13,605 bases of DNA from NCBI GenBank assembly GCA_902384455.1, contig CABMCB010000028.1:1-13605 (forward strand), written 5' to 3'. The notes beneath the pieces are model-generated. The model had not been told where the DNA came from, made no database searches, and saw only the letters and a list, made by a program, of their open reading frames with translations. Of this stretch, positions 1 through 6,761 are shown piece after piece; the first letter of the stretch is position 1; the number at the start of each line of letters is the position of its first letter. The translations under genes were made by a program, and so were the position numbers. The stretch is from an uncultured archaeon (lineage in GTDB: Archaea; Altiarchaeota; Altiarchaeia; IMC4; SCGC-AAA252-I15).

Positions 1-25
1 CCCCCGGGGGGGGGGGGGGGCGGGC

Positions 26-108
26 GCACGGCGGGACAGACACCTCGTTGCCGAGGGCTAACCACTCTTTTTCCCTTTCGGGGTACCAAGAGCTCGTTAC
101 CGTCGTAC
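26..108 (-). ncRNA. Candidate structured RNA element (multibranch fold with two GNRA tetraloops), unassigned
   Basis: Minus strand reads GUACGACGG UAAC GAG CUCUU GGUAC CCC-GAAA-GGG AAA AAGAG UG GUUA GC CCUCG-GCAA-CGAGG UGUCUGUC CCGCCGUGC. It contains nested stems, GAAA and GCAA loops and a closing stem. No match to an RNA family I recognise, and it lies close to a poor-quality contig end. Confidence 0.35.
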
Positions 109-410
109 TACCCTTTAGTATCCTGGTCAAGCCGCCCTCGCTCACGCGAGTAGGCCATGTACTTGTAGACCTTATTCTTCTTCGCCTGCTGAGCCTCCCG
201 GTCAAATACACCTGGGAGGTCGACACCAAATTCTGTCAGCATTTCAGCCACGGCAATGATGTCGTTAATTTCTTGGGCAAGCTTTTGCCTATTTGTCGGG
301 CCAGCGACATAGAAATCATCCAGCCCAAATCGGTGGCTTTTCCCAACAAGCTGGACTACCTCTCCACACTCTTCAGAAAGACAACTGAGTAGGTAGTCTT
401 CGGCGTTCAA
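108..410 (-). CDS. MazG-like all-alpha NTP pyrophosphohydrolase (phage type), 100 aa
   Basis: LSEECGEVVQLVGK...RQKLAQEINDIIAVAEML fits the EExxE...ExxD metal-binding pattern. ATGA overlap with the upstream DUF932 gene at 407-410. Confidence 0.8.
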   Translation of the reverse strand: MNAEDYLLSCLSEECGEVVQLVGKSHRFGLDDFYVAGPTNRQKLAQEINDIIAVAEMLTEFGVDLPGVFDREAQQAKKNKVYKYMAYSRERGRLDQDTKG

Positions 411-1405
411 TTCCGGTCCGTCCCGAAGGAGTACAGCAGGTCGCCAGCCGCCTTCTCCAGATTCTGGGCCGTGTAGAGAGAAGCCTCGTCACGGGCGGTT
501 TGGGTGATGGCGTTGTAGATGTCGTAGAAGTTGAAGTCTGTCCCGCGCTCCTTGGCTTCCAACTCCATGTTCTTCAAGACCTCGGCCATGCGACGACCGG
601 AGGCAAACTTGGACAACTTATCCTTGGTGCGAATCCAGCCATTGGCGTCCACTTTCTTGTTCTGCAGGCGAATAAGAAACTCGCTGTCGGTCTGGGACAT
701 GCGCTCCAGAATCCGCTGGTAGCCCTTGTCGAATATGTCCCAAACGGTGTCGGGATTGACCTTCTTCTGGCTGAAGCTGACACCCCCGCCCATCGACACC
801 GGAAGCACAGCACCGTTGGTGCAGACGAGGCGGTACAGGTAGGCTTCCGCGCTGAGCTGGAATCGGTCGATGTCGGAAGTACTCAAAGCCACTCCGATTT
901 GGGTGATGTCGCCTTTGTCGACCGCCGTCACCTTCTGGTCGGAAACGAACGAGGCCGTCAGACTGTCGCCGTCGTAGAGGATGCGAGCAGGGATAAGGCC
1001 TACTTCCGCCGCCTTACGAAGACGGCTGGTCAAGTCCGAGGAATCAAGCTTGACGTAACTTGGAGAAAGGATGCCTCGGACCTCTCCGTCCTGGGAGCGG
1101 ACCATGACTTCGAAATCGCCGTAGGTGTGAAGAAGACGGTTGACGGAATCGTAGAGCAGGTCGTTGGGGATGGCGTTGGCGTAGTGGTAAGGCATCCCAA
1201 GGTGGGAGAGCAAGTCACGCATGCCGCTTTCGCGCACCGCGAGGCCCGCGCTCGAACTCATCGACTTCACCAGGAGTTTGTCCTGTTCCAGCTTCAAATC
1301 ACCGAGACGGGAAACCACGTCCTCGTTCTTGTGGGACTTCACCAAGTCCGAAAGCTCACTGACGGTTGCCGGGCGCTTCGTGGGCGGAACCACAAGACGA
1401 ATCAT
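407..1405 (-). CDS. DUF932-family phage/plasmid protein, 332 aa
   Basis: Motifs VRGILSPSYVKLD, GDITQIGVALSTSD, YLYRLVCTNGAV and FYDIYNAITQTAR are typical of DUF932 proteins. GGAGGT RBS at 1413-1418. Confidence 0.8.
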   Translation of the reverse strand: MIRLVVPPTKRPATVSELSDLVKSHKNEDVVSRLGDLKLEQDKLLVKSMSSSAGLAVRESGMRDLLSHLGMPYHYANAIPNDLLYDSVNRLLHTYGDFEVMVRSQDGEVRGILSPSYVKLDSSDLTSRLRKAAEVGLIPARILYDGDSLTASFVSDQKVTAVDKGDITQIGVALSTSDIDRFQLSAEAYLYRLVCTNGAVLPVSMGGGVSFSQKKVNPDTVWDIFDKGYQRILERMSQTDSEFLIRLQNKKVDANGWIRTKDKLSKFASGRRMAEVLKNMELEAKERGTDFNFYDIYNAITQTARDEASLYTAQNLEKAAGDLLYSFGTDRN

Positions 1406-1439
1406 GGCCTATACCTCCAAAGTTTCTTCCAGCGAGGAC

Positions 1440-1468
1440 AATGTACCAGAGATTAAGGAAAAAGTCAA
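1440..1468 (-). promoter_or_regulatory. Sigma70-type promoter for the DUF932-MazG unit
   Basis: TTGACT-17 nt-TACATT with an extended -10 TGn (TGG TACATT), about 35 nt upstream of the ATG at 1405. Confidence 0.65.
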
Positions 1469-1617
1469 CCTTGAGGCTTTGCGTCGACTTCCAGGTTGTG
1501 CATCAAGTCCAAAGCGATACGGATTCCGTCACACACGCTGTTGTCAAAATCGTTATAGAAATCAGACTTCTGGCTCAACTGGCCCTTCAGAGCTTCCCAA
1601 GCACTCTTGTAATCCAT
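1465..1617 (-). CDS. Small hypothetical protein, 50 aa (not in the ORF track)
   Basis: GAGGA RBS, then ATG MDYKSAWEALKGQLSQKSDFYNDFDNSVCDGIRIALDLMHNLEVDAKPQG*. It fills the gap between the tRNA and the DUF932 promoter on the coding strand. Confidence 0.65.
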   Translation of the reverse strand: MDYKSAWEALKGQLSQKSDFYNDFDNSVCDGIRIALDLMHNLEVDAKPQG

Positions 1618-1631
1618 GGTTTTCCTCAATT

Positions 1632-1706
1632 TGGTTGCGGGGGGAGGGTTCGAACCTCCATACCGGGGTTCAAAGCCCCGTGGCCTACCAATTAGCCGAC
1701 CCCGCA
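1632..1706 (-). tRNA. tRNA-Gln (anticodon UUG), 75 nt, CCA encoded
   Basis: TGCGGGG TC GGCT AATTGGTA GGCC A CGGGG CTTTGAA CCCCG GTAT GGAGG TTCGAAC CCTCC CCCCGCA A CCA forms a complete cloverleaf with a U1-A72 pair, as in bacterial tRNA-Gln. Confidence 0.96.
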
Positions 1707-1796
1707 GATTGACTTCCCCAGGCCTACAGTATAGGCCCTGATTTGCATTCTACATGCCTTTTTTTCGAAGATGTCTTTTAAAACCATCAGGAACTA

Positions 1797-2213
1797 CTAC
1801 CCCCTGATGTCTTCCTTGCGAAATGACGCTTTGGGTGGTGGGGCAGGTTGAGGCTTTTCCTGTGGTTTTTCAACAGTTTCTTGGGGTTTCCGGTAGCTCC
1901 TACTTTGGTACTTCTCCCAGTTTGGAATGTGATAGGTGCCTGTCCCTGCCTCTTTCACTAAAAACCCAAGAGTAACAAGGCTTTTAAGAACTTCTGGGTT
2001 AATCCGAGCATCCCGACAAATCTCGTCCTCGGTCAGGTTATGGCCCAAATCACTCAGGAAGTAGCCGTCCTTGAACTTGACGTTGGCCAGGCATAGTACC
2101 CTGACATAGGATAATTCTACTGCATCGCCAGCAGAAATCAGTTTGCTGTCAGTAAGCCACTTCCGTCCCCACATCTTGAACCAACCACCTTCGCTGCCGG
2201 GTCGTCTTGACAT
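1797..2213 (-). CDS. Phage replisome-organiser/replication-initiator N-terminal-like (winged-helix) protein, about 138 aa
   Basis: WFKMWGRKWLTDSKL...YVRVLCLAN...GYF...LTEDEICR...LVTLGFL...YHIPNWEKYQ resembles the N-terminal domain of phage replisome organisers. The ATG at 2213 with a GAAAGGA RBS is preferred over the ORF-track TTG at 2240. Tandem TAG TAG stop. Confidence 0.7.
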   Translation of the reverse strand: MSRRPGSEGGWFKMWGRKWLTDSKLISAGDAVELSYVRVLCLANVKFKDGYFLSDLGHNLTEDEICRDARINPEVLKSLVTLGFLVKEAGTGTYHIPNWEKYQSRSYRKPQETVEKPQEKPQPAPPPKASFRKEDIRG

Positions 2214-2298
2214 AGACTGTCCTTTCGCTATAGTCTGCAACAGTATACACCGAATTACGAATTAAAAGTAGAATTTAATTCCTCTTTTCTTCTCTTGT

Positions 2299-2334
2299 AT
2301 CTACATCTTCATCTACATCTACATCTACATCTAT
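2299..2334. repeat. Hexamer tandem repeat (ATCTAC)x6, two variant units
   Basis: atctac atcttc atctac atctac atctac atctat. Confidence 0.95.
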
Positions 2335-2351
2335 GGACAGAACTAGAGTTC

Positions 2352-2423
2352 CTTTTAATCCCTCTTTTAATTCGTCTTTTAATTCGTCTTTTAATTCGTC
2401 TTTTAATTCGTCTTTTAATTCTC
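2352..2423. repeat. 12-bp tandem direct repeats (CTTTTAATTCGT), iteron-like; candidate replication origin
   Basis: Four perfect copies (2364-2411) flanked by two imperfect ones (2352-2363, 2412-2423). AT-rich and adjacent to the initiator-like gene. The repeat is observed directly; the origin function is inferred. Confidence 0.85.
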
Positions 2424-3926
2424 CTTTAAACTATCGACATTCTCAAGGAGGGCCTCTTTGTCGATGAGGCTGACCCTCATGGTAAGTAGTTGTCGGACAT
2501 CTTCGTCTGACAGGTGTTCCAGCCCAGTACCGTTCTCGTTCATGTAGTTGGCCAAGGCCCCCTTCCGCTTGACGTGGGCCAGGACGTTCTCCTCAACCGT
2601 GTCCTCGGCGTAGAACTTGTGGATGCACACCGACTTGAAAGTCGAGTCCATGCGCTTGATGCGGGACCTAATCTGGTGCTCCAAGCTGGGGTTATATACC
2701 GAGTTGATTTCAATGAGGTGACGAGCCTCAGGCCAGTTCTTACCACGAGCCCCAGCCATCGTGATTCCAAGGCAGTCAAGCTTCCCTTCCTTGAAGGCGT
2801 CCGAATGCCGGTCGCGTGTGTCCTTGTTCTTGCCGGTATAAAACCCAACCTTCTTCCCGGCGTTCTTTAGAATCTTGGCCACCGCAAGCAGAGGGTCCAG
2901 GTAGGTTGAGTAGAAGATGAAAGGCTCATTGAAAGATTGGACCAATTCCAGGATAGCCTCACCCTTGGCCGAAATCTTCTCGGGGTCTTCCTCCTCAGCC
3001 CACCTACGCATCTTACCATCACAGATACGAAGCAGGTTGTAGAGCAAGAGCGACCCCTTAATCTTCCGCTTCTCAAACAGCTCCACCTGTTCGATGTACT
3101 CTTTCTTCTGCCCGGCCTTGAGGTGAACGGGGATGGTGTGAACAACCTCTTCAGGCATCTGGATTTCAACGTCGGAGTAAGTGCGACGGAAGTAGTACTT
3201 GGAGAGTTTGGTCTTGAGGTCCCGGATAGACTGGAGAGACTTGGCTCCCTTGATGACAAGGTCGTATTTGAGGGTATGATATCTTGTCCGGTAGTATCTC
3301 TTCTCCGTCTCACAGTAGGTCATGATGTAGTCTTCGTAGTTTCCGAAGAATCCATGTTCCAGGAGTTCGCCCATGGAGTAGGCGTCCTGAAGTCCATTTT
3401 CAATGCTGGTGGCGTTCAAAACCACCACTCGATTAGCCTTGTCTACGAGTTCACGGGCAGCACCAAACGTTTTCGATTCTACGTTCTTGATGTAGCTGGC
3501 CTCGTCAATGATGATATTCTGGAAACCCACCGTCCGCAGGTAGCTGATGCGGCTTAACAGGGTACTGTAGCCGAGTACAAGAGCATGGTTCTTCACATGG
3601 AGACATTTACCGTCCCGGTCAGAGGTCCAGAAGATAACCGGCTTTAAGGGAGTGAATTTTTTAAAGGCACGGAACCAGTCTTCCTGCATGCTGTTCGAGC
3701 AGAGGACCATGGTCTTGTTGAGGGGCAGTTCCCCAAGGTCGGACAGGTAGTTGAGGAGGGCTACCGACTGGACAGTCTTGCCAAGACCAGTATCGTCCCC
3801 GATGATAATGCGGGGATGGAGGTAAGCGGCAATAACCCCGGCCTTTTGGAAGGCACGGAGTTCCCCTTTAAATGAGGGTATAGTCAGCTCCGGATTCTTA
3901 ATGGAGCGGATTTGGGTAAGGTCCAT
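2415..3926 (-). CDS. SNF2-family (SF2) helicase/ATPase, divergent, 503 aa
   Basis: Q motif LRAFQKAGV, Walker A DDTGLGKT, Walker B IIDEAS, motif III region LNATSIEN, FRRT, C-lobe AGARGKNW...YNPSLEHQIRSRIKRM and EDTVEE. Confidence 0.9.
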   Translation of the reverse strand: MDLTQIRSIKNPELTIPSFKGELRAFQKAGVIAAYLHPRIIIGDDTGLGKTVQSVALLNYLSDLGELPLNKTMVLCSNSMQEDWFRAFKKFTPLKPVIFWTSDRDGKCLHVKNHALVLGYSTLLSRISYLRTVGFQNIIIDEASYIKNVESKTFGAARELVDKANRVVVLNATSIENGLQDAYSMGELLEHGFFGNYEDYIMTYCETEKRYYRTRYHTLKYDLVIKGAKSLQSIRDLKTKLSKYYFRRTYSDVEIQMPEEVVHTIPVHLKAGQKKEYIEQVELFEKRKIKGSLLLYNLLRICDGKMRRWAEEEDPEKISAKGEAILELVQSFNEPFIFYSTYLDPLLAVAKILKNAGKKVGFYTGKNKDTRDRHSDAFKEGKLDCLGITMAGARGKNWPEARHLIEINSVYNPSLEHQIRSRIKRMDSTFKSVCIHKFYAEDTVEENVLAHVKRKGALANYMNENGTGLEHLSDEDVRQLLTMRVSLIDKEALLENVDSLKEN

Positions 3927-3963
3927 CGTCCACCTAAGTTGTCACAATAATCCGTAAATTACT

Positions 3964-3993
3964 ATTATAACCCTGAGATTCCGTGAAAGTCAA
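3964..3993 (-). promoter_or_regulatory. Sigma70-type promoter for the helicase/replication module
   Basis: TTGACT (3988-3993)-18 nt-TATAAT (3964-3969) in the intergenic gap upstream of the ATG at 3926. Confidence 0.75.
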
Positions 3994-3996
3994 CCC

Positions 3997-5142
3997 TTAG
4001 GAGTTGTACTGGAGCTGGGTCGAGAGGTCGAGGGAAGCAGCCGTAGGTACCAGGAAGTTCGTCAGCGTGATATACAGAGCGGGAGCCGTAATCTCGTAGG
4101 TTGCCCCTTGGATAAGGTTGAGGGACACAAACCCAGAAACATCCGTCTTGGCAACAATGTCTTCCTTGGTTGCCAGCATGCCGGTACCTGGAGTGAAGGG
4201 GAAGTTCGAAACCAGCTTTGCCCGAAGAATCTCTCCAACCACGGGAACCCCGGTAGCGTCGACCATGTAACAGTAGCAAGTGCAGACGCTCGGGATGTTG
4301 GACACTGGCTGGAAAGAAGCCCCTGTGATGTTGACAGTCTGGTTACCCGTAACGACCAAAGTATAGGGTTGAGTACCAAAGGTGTAGAACGGTTTGTAAA
4401 ACAAAACCTGAAAGGTTTCAGGAATGAGGAAGGTTCCAGGAAGTCCCACGACGAACTGACCGTTTGTGTCCGTCCGACCCACAGCAACAGTAATGGCTCC
4501 TGTGCTGTTTTTGATGGTTACGAAAACATCCGGAATAGGAAGACTGGAACCGTCCAGGATATTAAAGGTCACCATGCTCGAACCTACGGCGGGTTGAACC
4601 GCCGCAAGAATAGAATCCAGCTTGGCATTGATAGTAACCATGTACGCATCCAGACTGGATTGCGTAGCCATGTTGGCTTCGATGTTTTCAACATGTCCGT
4701 CAACTTCCACCAAGAGAGTTTGGGAGGCGATGTCCGAAGAGTCGATTGGAATGGCGGGGTTGACGAGAATCTTGGAAGCAACAGCCTGAGCGATAGCCAG
4801 TGTGTTTACGTTGGCTTCGATGTCTGAGAAGAGAATTTCATCAACAGCGTTACCAGGAAAGGAGGGGTTCGGGTTAGTGTAGTACGCAATGTAGGTGTTG
4901 GTGGCTGTATCCCCGCCTTGGCTATTAAACGAAACCCGATAGAGGCCTGGTTGGTTAACTGCATCTACTTCGGCAAGCGCTACTGGGGTGGGGGTGGCAG
5001 TAAATCCGTTCGTTCCGTTCCAATAAGCCAGGTCAGACTTACGCTGGACCAGGACAACAGGAGATTGTCCAATAACGCCACCCGTGGCGTCAATGATGAG
5101 CAGGTCGAGAGGAATGCTTGTGCCGAGAGGTACAACGTTCAC
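3997..5142 (-). CDS. Putative virion structural protein with carboxypeptidase-regulatory/prealbumin-like beta-sandwich domains, 381 aa
   Basis: GTG start with AAGGA RBS. Repeated pattern VTFNILDGSSLPIPDVFVTIKN...GRTDTNGQFVVGL and YMVDATGVPVVGE...AKTDVSGFVSLNL..GATYEI, with a central amphipathic helix (LDAYMVTINAKLDSILAAV). The structural role is inferred. Confidence 0.6.
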   Translation of the reverse strand: MNVVPLGTSIPLDLLIIDATGGVIGQSPVVLVQRKSDLAYWNGTNGFTATPTPVALAEVDAVNQPGLYRVSFNSQGGDTATNTYIAYYTNPNPSFPGNAVDEILFSDIEANVNTLAIAQAVASKILVNPAIPIDSSDIASQTLLVEVDGHVENIEANMATQSSLDAYMVTINAKLDSILAAVQPAVGSSMVTFNILDGSSLPIPDVFVTIKNSTGAITVAVGRTDTNGQFVVGLPGTFLIPETFQVLFYKPFYTFGTQPYTLVVTGNQTVNITGASFQPVSNIPSVCTCYCYMVDATGVPVVGEILRAKLVSNFPFTPGTGMLATKEDIVAKTDVSGFVSLNLIQGATYEITAPALYITLTNFLVPTAASLDLSTQLQYNS

Positions 5143-5167
5143 GCTTAAATCCTTTTAATTGGCTATT

Positions 5168-5183
5168 AAAGCCCAAGATTTAA
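5168..5183 (-). promoter_or_regulatory. Intergenic motif TTAAATCTTGGGCTTT (copy 1), possible phage-specific promoter/operator
   Basis: 15/16 identical to 6321-6336. Both copies sit just upstream of an RBS of a late-type gene. Confidence 0.45.
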
Positions 5184-5189
5184 GGGAAC

Positions 5190-5699
5190 TTACTTCTCCG
5201 GCCACCCTTCAGGAATAGCAGGTTTTGGGGGTTCTTTTGTAAGCTGGTCATAGAGCTTATTCACGTCCATGGTGGCTTCGAGGTGTGAGACATCCTCGGC
5301 AATACCCGTAACCTGAATATCGTGGGCCTTCCCAGCGATACGGTCACACAGAGCTTCTACCACAGGCGGAGTGAACTTACGAGCCGCAAAGTATGTCCAC
5401 GCGAAGATGAAGGCTGCCAGAATCATCATCCCGAAGGTGATGTATCCGAGTACGGCAGAAGCAGCCAGTTTGATGGTTGCCAGTTTGAGGAGGAGATTCA
5501 TGGACTTGATAAGAATCCAGGTCATAATTCCGGCGAACACCCCAGCAACCGAGAAGATGTCGACGAACATCATGAGGAGCCGGTAACCCAGTACGGCGTA
5601 CCACGGGTCACGTCCAGCTACTTTTTCCCATCGGCTGTATTCAGCCTGTTTCTCGTTGTTCACTGCTCGGATGGATGTTGCCATTTGAACCCTCGTCAT
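5190..5699 (-). CDS. Membrane protein, putative holin, 169 aa
   Basis: Long hydrophobic segments (AVLGYRLLMMFVDIFSVAGVFAGIMTWILI; LAASAVLGYITFGMMILAAFIFAWTYFAA) and a charged C-terminus. ATGA overlap with the endolysin. The holin call rests on context. Confidence 0.55.
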   Translation of the reverse strand: MTRVQMATSIRAVNNEKQAEYSRWEKVAGRDPWYAVLGYRLLMMFVDIFSVAGVFAGIMTWILIKSMNLLLKLATIKLAASAVLGYITFGMMILAAFIFAWTYFAARKFTPPVVEALCDRIAGKAHDIQVTGIAEDVSHLEATMDVNKLYDQLTKEPPKPAIPEGWPEK

Positions 5700-6307
5700 G
5701 CGTAGGCCTCGTCGATGGTCTTTGTTCCAAAAACCACGTTACGGAAGAGGTCCATGTCCCAGGCAGACCCTGGGCAGTCTTTGTGTACCGGCTGCTTCAA
5801 GAGCACGAACGTCTCGCGGTGTCCGATGATTTGTAAGTTGGTGCGGAGGCGGTCATACCAGACCTTCCGCATGTACTGGCAGGCGAGAGCTGCCATTTCG
5901 AATTTCTCTTTAGACGGTTTGACCTTTTGGAAGTTACCGATGATGCAGAGGCCAATCCCGTTTGTGTTGAACCCTGCCGCATGAATGCCCCTCTTGTAGA
6001 GGGTGTGTCCCATCATGAAGTTGAGCTTTCCGTTTGCCTCTTCAATCCCGTAGTTGTAGCCAATGTCATCCCAGGGAGCTTCAACAACCTTCCCTGCGGC
6101 TTGAGCCTCTTTCGCTTCCTCTTCCGTGATGCTGTTCCCGTCCACGCGCCACGACATGTGGTATTTCCGAATAGCATCCCAGTTTACTGTCTTACCATCC
6201 TCAGTAAGGCTGTGGTGTACGACCACGTACTTCTTCTTGGCCAGTTCTGGATTTTTGAAATCCAGAGAACTCAGTTGTTCGTAGAGGTTCGTAATGAAAG
6301 TAGCCAT
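5696..6307 (-). CDS. N-acetylmuramoyl-L-alanine amidase (Amidase_2, T7-lysozyme/PGRP-like) endolysin, about 203 aa
   Basis: Zn-ligand motifs VVVHHS, WDDIGYNY, GIHAAGFNTNGIGLCIIGNF, IIGHRE and KDCPG. The start is probably the ATG at 6307 (GAGGA RBS at 6313-6317), not 6391, which overlaps the upstream gene. Confidence 0.92.
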   Translation of the reverse strand: MATFITNLYEQLSSLDFKNPELAKKKYVVVHHSLTEDGKTVNWDAIRKYHMSWRVDGNSITEEEAKEAQAAGKVVEAPWDDIGYNYGIEEANGKLNFMMGHTLYKRGIHAAGFNTNGIGLCIIGNFQKVKPSKEKFEMAALACQYMRKVWYDRLRTNLQIIGHRETFVLLKQPVHKDCPGSAWDMDLFRNVVFGTKTIDEAYA

Positions 6308-6320
6308 CGTTATCCTCGTA

Positions 6321-6336
6321 AAATCCCAAGATTTAA
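6321..6336 (-). promoter_or_regulatory. Intergenic motif TTAAATCTTGGGATTT (copy 2)
   Basis: Near-identical to 5168-5183. It overlaps the stop codon of the upstream gene and precedes the endolysin RBS. Confidence 0.45.
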
Positions 6337-6761
6337 TGCAAGTTGCCCGAGTAGCTTTGGAGTGCTTTGATAACCTCATCAGGAGCGACAAAAGCGTTGG
6401 GATTGTAAATGTCCCCCTCCCACATATCGAACTGGTTTGGACGAAGGTATCCCCTGTTCTTCAGAAGATTGATGTTTTCTTCATGTCCAAAGATGAGAGG
6501 GTCCGAGGTCCCCCAAAGAACAATAGCCTTGACTCCGATGGACCAGCAGAAGTGCTGAAGGAAACTGTCAACACAAATGACGTAGTCGGCACTCTTCAGA
6601 AGCTTCTCCAGTTCGTCAAAAGGCTCTTTGACCACCTCTACGAGCTCGTACTTCGGTCGAAGGGCATCAAGAAGCAGGTCCCAATACGGGTAGTCCTTGG
6701 CGGAGCGGTTTCCATTCCTCAACGGTTTTACCCCCCGGGAATAGACAATTAAAGGCTTCAT
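6333..6761 (-). CDS. GT9 (heptosyltransferase-like, GT-B) C-terminal domain protein, 142 aa
   Basis: AKDYPYWDLLLDAL...DELEKLLKSADYVICVDSFLQHFCWSIGVKAIVLWGTSDPLIFG matches the GT9 C-terminal KxW/YP...DSxxxH...LF/WGxT/S.P pattern. ATGA overlap with the upstream gene. Confidence 0.8.
   Translation of the reverse strand: MKPLIVYSRGVKPLRNGNRSAKDYPYWDLLLDALRPKYELVEVVKEPFDELEKLLKSADYVICVDSFLQHFCWSIGVKAIVLWGTSDPLIFGHEENINLLKNRGYLRPNQFDMWEGDIYNPNAFVAPDEVIKALQSYSGNLH

Noticed and set aside
1-20. C5-G15 homopolymer run, a possible G-quadruplex or terminal structure
   Set aside because: Poly-G at a contig end is a common sequencing artefact.
500-1456. 318-aa plus-strand ORF and other long antisense ORFs (e.g. 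2937-3557, 4108-4827, 8338-9141)
   Set aside because: These are antisense shadows of well-supported minus-strand genes and carry no recognisable motifs.
1632-1706. tRNA as a prophage attachment site
   Set aside because: There is no integrase and no duplicated tRNA 3' end in the window, and phage-like genes flank both sides.
2352-2423. Possible CRISPR array
   Set aside because: The units are 12-bp head-to-tail repeats with no spacers, and no cas genes are present.
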